Below, piece after piece: positions 31,351 to 39,609 of a DNA stretch of 64,000 bases. The DNA comes from an uncultured Candidatus Rokubacteria bacterium (GTDB lineage Bacteria; Methylomirabilota; Methylomirabilia; Rokubacteriales; DASRDR01): the NCBI GenBank assembly GCA_963708025.1, contig CAVPSB010000012.1:352001-416000 (forward strand). Reading direction: 5' to 3'. Numbering within the stretch: position 1 is the stretch's first letter; each line of letters begins with the position of its first letter. Position numbers and translations under genes: made by a program. The notes under the pieces were generated by a model that was not told the origin of the DNA, did not search any database, and was given only the letters and a program-made list of their open reading frames with translations.

Positions 31351-32664
31351 ATGCCCGGTCTCCCGAAGCTCCTGCGCGGTAGCCTCGCCGTGGTGCTGCT
31401 CCTCGTCGTCGGGGCCGGCCTCGGGCTCTGGGCGCTCGCCCGGCGCAGCGGCGCCCCCGCCGAGCTGAAGGTCACCGGGACCATCGAGGCGACGCAGGTC
31501 GAGATCGGCGCGAAGACGACCGCCCGCATCCGCGAGATCCCCGTGGACGAGGGGAGCCGCGTCCGCCGGGGTCAGGTGATCCTGGTCCTGGACCAGGACG
31601 AGCCCCGCGCCGACGTCGCCCGGCTCGAGGCGGCCCTCGGTCTGGCCCGGGCCCAGCTCCGGGACCTCCTGGCCGGCGCCCGCAAGGAGGAGCTCGCCGA
31701 GGCGCAGGCGGCCGTCGCGCGGGCCGAGGCCCAGCTCGCCGACCTCGTGGCCGGCGCCCGGCGCGAGGAGATCCAGGCCGCCCGCCAGGCCGTGGCCCAG
31801 GCGGAGGCGCGGCTCCGGGACCTGGAGGCCGGCGCCCGCGCCCAGGAGATCGAGCAGGCCCGGAGCGCGCTGGCCTCGGCCGAGGCGACGCGCACGATGG
31901 CCGAGCGCGAGTACCATCGCTTCCAGGGCCTCTTCGAGCAGGGCCTGGTGGCGGCCTCGGAGCGCGACCGCGTCTGGCAGGCGTACGAGGTCTCCCGCCA
32001 GCAGGAGCAGGCGGCGCGCCAGCAGCTCGACCTGCTCCGCGCGGGATCGCGCCCCGAGCAGATCGAGGCGGCCCGGGCCGAGGTCCGCCAGGCGCGCGAG
32101 CGGCTCGGCCTCCTCGAGGCGGGGCCGCGCCCGAACCAGGTGGAGGCGGCCCAGGCCGAGGTGCGCCAGGCCCGCCAGCGGCTCGCGCTGCTCGAGGCCG
32201 GGCCGCGGCCGGGCCAAGTGGAGGCGGCGCGGGCCCAGGTCGCCCAGGCGGAGGCGGCGCTGGCGCAGGCCCGCGCCCGGCTCGCCGACGCCCGCATCGA
32301 GGCGCCGCTCGACGGGGTCGTCCTGCGCAAGAACCTCGAGCCGGGCGCCACGGCGACGCCGGGCACGCCGGTGCTGACCCTCGTCGATCCGGGGGACCTC
32401 TGGCTGCGCGCCTACATCCCGGAGGTGGACCTTGGCCGGGTTCGCATCGGCCAGCCGGCGCGCGTCACCGTCGACGCGTTCCCGGGCCAGGGATTCGAGG
32501 GTCGCATCAGCGAGATCGCGTCGGAGGCGGAGTTCACGCCGCGAAACGTCCAGACCCAGAAGGAGCGCGTGAACCTGGTCTTCCGCGTCAAGATCGCCAT
32601 CGCCAACCCCGACGGTCGCCTGAAGCCGGGCATGCCGGCCGACGCCGTCCTCGCGACGCCATGA
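31351..32664 (+). CDS. HlyD/YbhG-family membrane fusion (periplasmic adaptor) protein with extended alpha-hairpin
   Basis: TM anchor, TGTIEA, IEAPLDGVV, EAEFTPRNVQT.KER..LVFRVKI, LKPGMPAD. Confidence 0.92.
   Translation: MPGLPKLLRGSLAVVLLLVVGAGLGLWALARRSGAPAELKVTGTIEATQVEIGAKTTARIREIPVDEGSRVRRGQVILVLDQDEPRADVARLEAALGLARAQLRDLLAGARKEELAEAQAAVARAEAQLADLVAGARREEIQAARQAVAQAEARLRDLEAGARAQEIEQARSALASAEATRTMAEREYHRFQGLFEQGLVAASERDRVWQAYEVSRQQEQAARQQLDLLRAGSRPEQIEAARAEVRQARERLGLLEAGPRPNQVEAAQAEVRQARQRLALLEAGPRPGQVEAARAQVAQAEAALAQARARLADARIEAPLDGVVLRKNLEPGATATPGTPVLTLVDPGDLWLRAYIPEVDLGRVRIGQPARVTVDAFPGQGFEGRISEIASEAEFTPRNVQTQKERVNLVFRVKIAIANPDGRLKPGMPADAVLATP
31660..32260 (+). repeat. Two sets of three 78-bp (26-aa) intragenic repeats in the adaptor hairpin
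   Basis: Units start at 31660/31738/31816 and 32026/32104/32182 (L.AG.R...I..A...V.QA). Confidence 0.85.
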
Positions 32665-33119
32665 GGCCCGGGATGGCGGAGCGGCCACACGGGCGGGCGG
32701 GCCTCCAGGCGCTCCCCGAGCACGTCCGCTTGGCCCGGGCCTTCGCCGGCTGGGTGGACGCCGACCCCGACTGGGAGCGGCTGGCCCCGGTGCCGTTCAG
32801 CACGGTCTGCTTCCGGCTCCGGCCGCGGGGCTGGGCCGCCGACGACGCGCGGCTGAACCCGCTGAACGAGCGGCTCCGGGAGGCGGTCACCGCGACGGGC
32901 GCGGTCTTCCTCTCCCACGCCGTCCTCCCGCTCGTGCCCGGCTCCCCAGCGCATGGCGCCTCCCCGGAGGCGGGCGCGGCGGAATCCCGCGCCTCCCGGT
33001 ACGCCCTCCGGCTGGCCATCCGCCAGCTCCGCACCGAGGAGCGCGACGTTCGGCAGGCGTGGGAGATCCTCCGGGCCGAGGCGCTCCGGCTGGGCGCCAC
33101 GCCGCCCCTCCTGGCGTGA
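32661..33119 (+). pseudogene. Isolated C-terminal small domain of a group II PLP-dependent decarboxylase, with an in-frame insertion
   Basis: EHVRLARAF, APVPFSTVCFR, LNERL, FLSH..., YALRLAI...TEERDV..AW; PLP-lysine domain absent. Confidence 0.7.
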
Positions 33120-33209
33120 GCGCGTCCCTGAGAAGCGGGTTCGTCCGGCCCCCCCTCCCCCCCGGTGGGTGGGGGAGGGGGGCTGGGGGGGTAGGCGGGA
33201 GGTCCCCAA
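33117..33209 (+). repeat. Repeat family A copy (stop codon to SD cassette)
   Basis: TGAGCGCGT...C-tract 33149-33163, G-tracts 33167-33191, GGAGGT 33198-33203. Confidence 0.85.
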
Positions 33210-34176
33210 CTGACGCCCGCCGTTGTCACCGAGGGTCTGACCAAGCGCTTCGGCCGGTTCACCGCGGTGGATCACGTGAACCTGCTGGTGCCGAGCGGCG
33301 AGCTGTACGGCTTCCTGGGCCCGAACGGCTCCGGCAAGACGACGACGCTCCGGATGCTGTGCGGCATCCTGGAGCCGACCGAGGGCGGGGGCCGCGTCCT
33401 CGGCTTCGACCTCCGAGCCGAGCCGGAGCGGATCAAGGCCGCGATCGGCTACATGTCGCAGCGCTTCTCCCTGTACGACGACCTCACCGCCGAGGAGAAC
33501 GTCACCTTCTACGCCACCGTCTACGGGGTGCCGGGCCGGGAGCGCGCGGAGCGCATCCAGCGGATGATCCAGCTCGCCGACCTCGTGGGGCGCGAGGACA
33601 CGCTGGCCGGCCGGCTCTCCGGCGGGTACCGGCAGCGGCTGGCCCTGGCCTGCGCCCTGGTCCACGCGCCGCGCCTCGTGTTCCTCGACGAGCCGACCGC
33701 CGGGGTCGACCCCGTCTCCCGGCGGACCTTCTGGGAGCTGATCCGGCGCCTGGCCGACGGCGGGGTCACGATCGTCGTCACCACGCACTACATGGACGAG
33801 GCGGAGCACTGTGACCGGCTCGGGTTCATCTACCAGGGCCAGCTCATCGCCCAGGGGACCCCGGTGGCGATCAAGACCCAGACGTTCCGGAAGCCGGTCT
33901 TCCAGGTCGAGACCGCCGACCCCCGCCGGGCGGCCGACGTCCTCGCCGACTGGCCGGCCGCCGAGGAGGTGATCCGCTACGGGGCCCTGATCCGTGTCGT
34001 CGCGGCCGAGGAGACCCTGACGGCGGACGCGGTCGCCGCCGAGCTGCGGGCGAAGGGGCTTCCGGCGAGCGTCGTCCCGGTGGCGCCGTCGGTGGAGGAC
34101 CTCTTCATCTCGTTCGTCGACCGGGAGCGGAAGACGCGGCTGCGCGCGCAGCTCCGCGCCCTCACCGTCGACCTGA
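33210..34176 (+). CDS. ABC exporter ATP-binding protein (YbhF-like); start reads CTG, end inferred through a probable 1-nt indel
   Basis: TPAVVTEGLTKRFG, GPNGSGKTT, LSGG, LDEPTAGVD, TTHYMDEAE, PSVEDLFI. Confidence 0.85.
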
Positions 34177-34191
34177 GCGGAGCGAGCCCCC

Positions 34192-35311
34192 ATGCGCCTG
34201 GTCGGGATGATGTGGAAGGAGTTCCTCCAGCTCCGGCGCGACCCGATGGCGCTCACGCTCACGCTGTTCATCCCGGTCGCCCTCCTGTTCATCTTCGGCT
34301 ACGCCATCAACACCGACGTCAAGCATCTCCCGACGGTGGTCTTCGACCAGTCCCGCGACGTGGAGGCCCAGACCCTGCTGGAGGCCTTCGCCAACAGCCA
34401 GTACTTCGACCTCCGCTACGCCGCGCGCTCGCAGGCGGAGGTGACCCGGCTCATCGACACCGGGCGGGCCAAGGTCGGGATCGTGATCCCGCCCGACTTC
34501 GCCGCGAGGCTCCGCGGGCGCGGGGGGGCGGCGATCCAGGTGATCGTGGACGCCTCGGACCCGCAGGTGGCCGGCTCGGCCATGAACGCCGCCACCGCCC
34601 TCGGGCTCTCCCGCTCGATCGACCTCCTGCGGCAGACGGCCGGTGGCGCCCGGCTCGACCGCGTCCAGGGCCTCGAGGTGCGGATCCGCGCCTGGTACAA
34701 CCCCGACCAGGAGTCGGCCCTGTTCATCGTGCCCGGGCTGATCGGCGCCCTCCTGATGCAGACGACGATCACGATCATGGCCGTCGCGGTCGTCCGCGAG
34801 CGCGAGCGCGGCACCCTGGAGGCGCTCGTCGTGAGCCCGCTCCGGCGCTGGGAGATCATGCTGGGGAAGATCGTTCCCAACCTGCTGGTGGCGTACGGCC
34901 AGATGACCCTGGCGCTCCTGGTCGCCCACTACGTCTTCGCGGTGCCCATCCGGGGGAGCGTCGGCCTCCTCTACGGCGGTGTCGGCGCTCTTCATGATGG
35001 GGACCCTCGGCATCGGCATCTACGTCTCGACGCTCTCCCGGACCGTGCCGCAGGCGATGCAGCTCGGGTTCCTGGCCATCCTGCCGTCCATCTACCTCTC
35101 GGGGCTCCTGTTCCCGCTGGAGGGGATGCCGGAGCCGGCCCAGTACCTGGCCCGCCTCCTGCCCATCACCTACTTCCTCCGGATCATCCGCGGCATCGTG
35201 CTCAAGGGGACCGGGCTCGACCAGCTCTGGCCCGACATCTGGCCCCTGGTCGCCTTCGGCGTGGTGATCTTCACGCTGTCGGTGCTCCGCTTCCGCAAGT
35301 CCCTCGACTGA
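34192..35311 (+). CDS. ABC-2 type exporter permease (YbhS/YbhR-like); apparent frameshift near 34978
   Basis: KEFLQLRRD, WYNP, VRERERGTLEAL, LSGLLFP..GMP, RGIVLKG. Confidence 0.9.
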
Positions 35312-35410
35312 GCGTGTGAAGAAATCGGCTTCTCCGGCCCCCTCCCCCCGCCACAGGCCGAAGGCCGTCCAACGGTGGGGGAGGGGGGTTGGGGGGTGGG
35401 CGGGAGGTGC
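35309..35410 (+). repeat. Repeat family A copy with GGCCGAAGGCC module
   Basis: TGAGCGTGTGAAG overlaps the stop codon; ends GGGCGGGAGGT. Confidence 0.85.
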
Positions 35411-35418
35411 GGATCAAC

Positions 35419-35424
35419 TATAAT
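35419..35424 (+). promoter_or_regulatory. -10 box TATAAT 6 nt before ATG 35431 (leaderless-type)
   Basis: TATAAT-gccgcc-ATG. Confidence 0.65.
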
Positions 35425-35430
35425 GCCGCC

Positions 35431-36788
35431 ATGCGCCTGCCGCTGAGCCGGGTCGCCCGGGCCGTCCTCCTGGTGGTGGTCCTGGCCCCGGCCGGCTCAC
35501 CGTGGGCCCAGACCCCAGCCGCGGCGCCCCCCCTCGCCGACCGCCTGACCCTTCCCAACGGGCTGGTCGTCCTCGTGGCCGAGCGTCACGCGCTCCCGAT
35601 CGTGACCGTCCGGGTGTCGGTCGGCGCCGGAGCCGTCCTCGACCCCGCCGACAAGCCCGGCCTGGCCAACCTCACCGCGCTCGCGCTCCTCCTGGGCACC
35701 CCGACCCGCAGCGCGTTCGAGATCGACCGGGCGATCGAGTTCGTCGGCGGGAGCCTCGACGCCGAGGGCGGCCGCGACTGGAGCGAGCTGGCCCTCGCCG
35801 TCCTCCGCAAGGACCTCGGGCTCGGGCTGGACCTCCTGGCCGACGTGCTCCTCCGGCCGGCGTTCCCGGCCGACGACGTCGAGCGGAAGCGGGGAGAGGT
35901 GCAGGCCTCGGTCCGGCGCTCGGAAGAGGATCCGGAGACCGTGGCGGCGCGACTGTTCCGCCGGCTGATCTTCCCGGGCCACCCGTACTCGAGCCCGATC
36001 GACGGGAACCGAGGAGTCGCTGGGGCGCATCACCCGCGCCGACGTCGCCGCCTTCTACCGGGCCGCCTACCGGCCGGAGACCACGGTCGTCGCCGTGGTG
36101 GGCGACGTCACGGTGGGGGAGGTGCGGGACGCGCTGACCGCGCGCCTGGGCGGATGGCGCCGCCCGGAGCCGCCGCCCGCGGCTCCCGGAATGGTCACCC
36201 TGGGCGCCCCGGCCCGGACCGAGATGGTCCAGCGGGACCTCACGCAGGCCACCGTGTTCATCGGGCAGGCCACCATCACGCGGCCCCACCCGGATCACTA
36301 CCCCCTGGTGGTCGCGAGCCAGATCCTCGGCGGAGGCTCGTCGTCACGCCTCTACAGCCGGGTCCGCGAGGAGCGCGGCCTCGCCTACAGCGTCTACGCC
36401 CAGTACGGTCCGGCCCGGTACGGCGGCATGCTACTGGTGGGGTTCCAGAGCGAGAACGCCCGGGTGCGCGAGGTGCTCACGCTGGTGCGCGAGGAGCTGG
36501 TGCGCCTCCGGCGGGAGCCGGTCAGCGACGAGGAGCTGGCCCGGGCCAAGGCCTACCTCGTCGGCAGCTTCCCGCTCCGCATGGACACCAATGCCGAGCT
36601 GGCCACGCTGCTGCTCGCCGTCGAGCGGTTCGAGCTCGGGCTCGACTATCCGGCGCGCTACCGCCGGGCGGTGCGAGGCGGTGACGGCGGAGGCCGTCCT
36701 CCGCGCGGTCCGCGCCAATTGGGACCCCGACCTGATGAGCCTGGCCATCGTGGCGAACGTGCGCGACGCCGGGCTGTCCACCCCCTGA
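35431..36788 (+). CDS. M16B peptidase non-catalytic partner subunit, signal peptide; apparent frameshifts near 36005 and 36678
   Basis: LPNGLVV, GLANLTA (no HxxEH), SRLYSRVREERGLAYSV (R/Y motif). Confidence 0.88.
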
Positions 36789-37756
36789 TGTCGCGGTACA
36801 GCGCGGTGGTCCGGTCCGGCGGGGTGCTGGAGGAAGGGCTCACGCCCGACGAGCTGAGCCAGGCCCTCCGGGACCCGGGGACGCGGGCCTGGCTCGACCT
36901 GGAAGCGGCGCCGCCCGAGGAGATCGCGGCGCTGGAGGGCTGTTTCGGCTTCCATCCCCTCGCGGTGGAGGACGCCCAGAACCCCGACACCCGGCCGACC
37001 ACGGAGGAGTACGACGGCTTCCTCTTCGTGGTCACGCGCGGCGTGCGTCACACCCCCGGCGAGACCCCGCTCGAGCTCCTCACCATGTTCATCTTCCTCC
37101 AGGACCGGCTCATCGTGACCGTGCACGACAAGCCGATGCGCAGCATCGCGACGGCCCAGGAGCGGCTGCGCAAGCACCCGGAGCTGCTCGGTGACGGCCC
37201 CGACCGGCTCCTCCACCACCTGCTCGACCAGGTGGTGGACCACTACTTCCCGATCGTCGAGGAGCTGGAAGACCGCGTCGAGGCGCTGGAGGACGAGGTG
37301 TTCACGCGGCCCCGGCGTGGCGTGCTGCAGCGCATCTTCGTGGCCCGCAAGCACCTGGTGCTGTTGCGCCGGAGCATGGGGCCGCTGCGGGAGGTGCTGA
37401 CCAACCTCATGAGTGGCGTCCCCCACGTCCGCGCCGAGCTGCGCCCATTCTTCCGCGACGTCCACGACCACATCCTGAGAATCCTCGACGAGGTCGAGAC
37501 CAACCGCGAGGTCCTGTCGGGGCTGCTCGAGAGCTACCTCTCGCAGGTGAACAACCGACTGGCCGACGTGATGAAGACGCTGACCGCGCTCGCCACCATC
37601 GGCCTGCCGTTCACGATCGTGTCGGGGTTCTTCGGGATGAACTTCGAGGCGCTGCCGTGGATCAAGCAGCCGTGGGGGGTGGCCGCCGCCGTCGGCGTCA
37701 TGGTCGTGATCGCGAGCAGCCTGTTTCTTCTTTTCCGGCAGCGGCGGTGGCTGTGA
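36788..37756 (+). CDS. corA: CorA Mg2+/Co2+ transporter
   Basis: FHPLAVED, DQVVDHYF, GFFGMNF signature; TGATG coupling. Confidence 0.92.
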   Translation: MSRYSAVVRSGGVLEEGLTPDELSQALRDPGTRAWLDLEAAPPEEIAALEGCFGFHPLAVEDAQNPDTRPTTEEYDGFLFVVTRGVRHTPGETPLELLTMFIFLQDRLIVTVHDKPMRSIATAQERLRKHPELLGDGPDRLLHHLLDQVVDHYFPIVEELEDRVEALEDEVFTRPRRGVLQRIFVARKHLVLLRRSMGPLREVLTNLMSGVPHVRAELRPFFRDVHDHILRILDEVETNREVLSGLLESYLSQVNNRLADVMKTLTALATIGLPFTIVSGFFGMNFEALPWIKQPWGVAAAVGVMVVIASSLFLLFRQRRWL

Positions 37757-38337
37757 GGACGGGGCGCGCGGCGGGCCTGGCGTTCGTTCTCGCGGGGCTG
37801 GTGGCCGCCCCCGGCCTGGTCGCGGCGATCATCCCGGAGCTGTCGCCGGCCGACGTCGAGCAGGCGCTGGAGGTCGGCCGCGAGGCGATGGTGCAGGAAG
37901 ACTTCGGCGACGAGTGGCGGCTCCCGCTGCCGGACGGCGGCGAGATCGTCGTGAGCACGCCGTTCTCGCGGCTGACGCTGGCGGCGCGGCAGGCGGCGCT
38001 GAAGGGGGAGGCGCTCACCGACAAGCAGCGCCAGGAGCAGATCGACCGCGGGAAAGGCAAGATCCAGCTCCTCGTCACCATGCACGGCCGGACGGCGGAT
38101 TTCGCCCGGTGGTATCAGCCCGTGCTCCGGGTCGCGGGCCGGGAGGTGAAGGCGACCTTCACCCAGAACGAGCGGACGGCGCTCAGACTCGAGGACGGGC
38201 GGTACGCGGCGCGGAACGTCTACGTCTTCCCGCTGGAGGGGATCGCGCCCCGGGGCACGGTCACGCTGGTCGTGCGCCACGCCGTGGATCAGAAGGAGAT
38301 CATGCAGCAGACGCTCGACCTCTCGAAGATGCGCTAG
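37753..38337 (+). CDS. Exported hypothetical protein
   Basis: GTGA overlap with corA, N-terminal signal-like segment, host codon usage. Confidence 0.7.
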   Translation: MRTGRAAGLAFVLAGLVAAPGLVAAIIPELSPADVEQALEVGREAMVQEDFGDEWRLPLPDGGEIVVSTPFSRLTLAARQAALKGEALTDKQRQEQIDRGKGKIQLLVTMHGRTADFARWYQPVLRVAGREVKATFTQNERTALRLEDGRYAARNVYVFPLEGIAPRGTVTLVVRHAVDQKEIMQQTLDLSKMR

Positions 38338-38362
38338 CGGGCGGGGCCGATGACCATCGCAT

Positions 38363-38539
38363 CGCGTCGTCCTCGGTCGGGACACCGCCGAGGAGCTGAT
38401 CGGGCTCTGCCGGGAGCGGATCGCGGCGTACAAGGTGCCGGCGATCCTGGAGCTCGTGGCGATGCTGCCGAAGAGCCCGACCGGCAAGATCCTCAAGAAG
38501 GACCTGCGCGATGTCGGACCGCCGAATGGTGTAAGATAG
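38363..38539 (+). pseudogene. C-terminal remnant of an AMP-dependent (acyl-CoA) synthetase, absent from the ORF track
   Basis: Manual translation: RVVLGRDTAEELIGLCRERIAAYKVP...LPKSPTGKILKKDLR (A10 motif); no start codon. Confidence 0.75.
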
Positions 38540-38573
38540 CCGGCGAGCCCCGGTGAGAGGCTCGAGGAGGGCC

Positions 38574-39554
38574 ATGATGCGACGTAGCTCGATCGTCTGC
38601 GCGATCTTCGCGCTGTTCCTGACCTCGCTGGTCGTGACCGCCGTCGCCGAGGCGCGGGCGGGCGGCGGATTCTCGGGCGGCAGCCGGGGCTCGCGCTCCT
38701 ACTCGGCCCCGCGGAGCCCCTCGGCGCCGGCGAGCCCCACCTCGCCGCAACGGGGGCTTTCCTCCCCGACCCAGCCCCAGCGGCCAGGATTCGGGTTTGG
38801 CGGCATGGGTGGCATGATCGGGGGCTTCCTCCTCGGCGGACTCCTGGGCGGGCTCCTGTTCGGTGGGCTCGGCCACGGGCTCGGCGGGTTCGGCGGAATC
38901 GGACTGATGGATATCCTGCTGATCGCCGGCATCGGCTACCTGGCCTTCGCCTTCTTCCGCCGCCGCCAGCCCCAGCCGGCCTACGCAGGGGCACCGGGGC
39001 GCTCGGAGTGGGCGCCCACGGAGACCGCGATGCCCGAGCGTCCGATGTCCATGGGCTCGACGGTCGCGCCGGCGGTGGGGCCAGCGGTTGGGTTGGTCGA
39101 CGAGGACCTGGATCGCGGCATCGCCGCGATTCGCACGATGGACCCGGCGTTCACCCCGGTGCGCTTCGCCGAGATCAGCCGTGCCGCCTTCCTCCGCGTC
39201 CAGTCCGCCTGGACCGCCCGGGACCTCGGTCCGGTGCGGGCCGATCTGACCGAGGAGATGGCGGGCTCGCTCGAGACCGACCTCACCCGGCTCAAGACGC
39301 TCCGGCGGGTCAACCGCCTGGACAAGCTGACCGTGCAGACGGCCGAGGTGACCGAGGCCTGGCAGGAGTACGGGAAGGATTTCGTGACCGTGCGCTTCCG
39401 GGCGAGCGTCCTCGACTACACGATCGACGAGACGACCGGCGCCGTGGTCGAGGGCAGCAACACCGTCCCGACCGGCTTCGACGAGTACTGGACCTTCGTG
39501 CGGCCGGTCGGTCCCAACCCCTGGCAGCTCTCCGCGATCCAGCAGCCGAGCTGA
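38574..39554 (+). CDS. Tim44-domain membrane protein
   Basis: GAGGAGG RBS; ARAGGG.SGGSRGSRS, Gly-rich TM, FLRVQSAW, TVRF, EYWTFVRP, WQLSAIQQ. Confidence 0.9.
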   Translation: MMRRSSIVCAIFALFLTSLVVTAVAEARAGGGFSGGSRGSRSYSAPRSPSAPASPTSPQRGLSSPTQPQRPGFGFGGMGGMIGGFLLGGLLGGLLFGGLGHGLGGFGGIGLMDILLIAGIGYLAFAFFRRRQPQPAYAGAPGRSEWAPTETAMPERPMSMGSTVAPAVGPAVGLVDEDLDRGIAAIRTMDPAFTPVRFAEISRAAFLRVQSAWTARDLGPVRADLTEEMAGSLETDLTRLKTLRRVNRLDKLTVQTAEVTEAWQEYGKDFVTVRFRASVLDYTIDETTGAVVEGSNTVPTGFDEYWTFVRPVGPNPWQLSAIQQPS

Positions 39555-39609
39555 GTTCGGGTCTGACGGGGTCGCCGGCCACGCCGGCGACCCCACCGTC
39601 CACCGAGCC

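Noticed and set aside
33267-34997. Fused ATPase-permease or 576-aa ATPase
   Set aside because: The tail is out-of-frame low-complexity sequence; the permease has its own GGAG and ATG, with an upstream TGA at 34174 in its frame
210-36700. Programmed ribosomal frameshifting or true pseudogenes in the broken genes
   Set aside because: No consistent slippery sites were seen, residues are conserved on both sides of each break, and the pattern fits long-read indel errors
36095-37756. M16-CorA fusion protein suggested by the ORF track
   Set aside because: Artefact of an indel near 36678; the M16 end and CorA start form a normal TGATG overlap at 36786-36790
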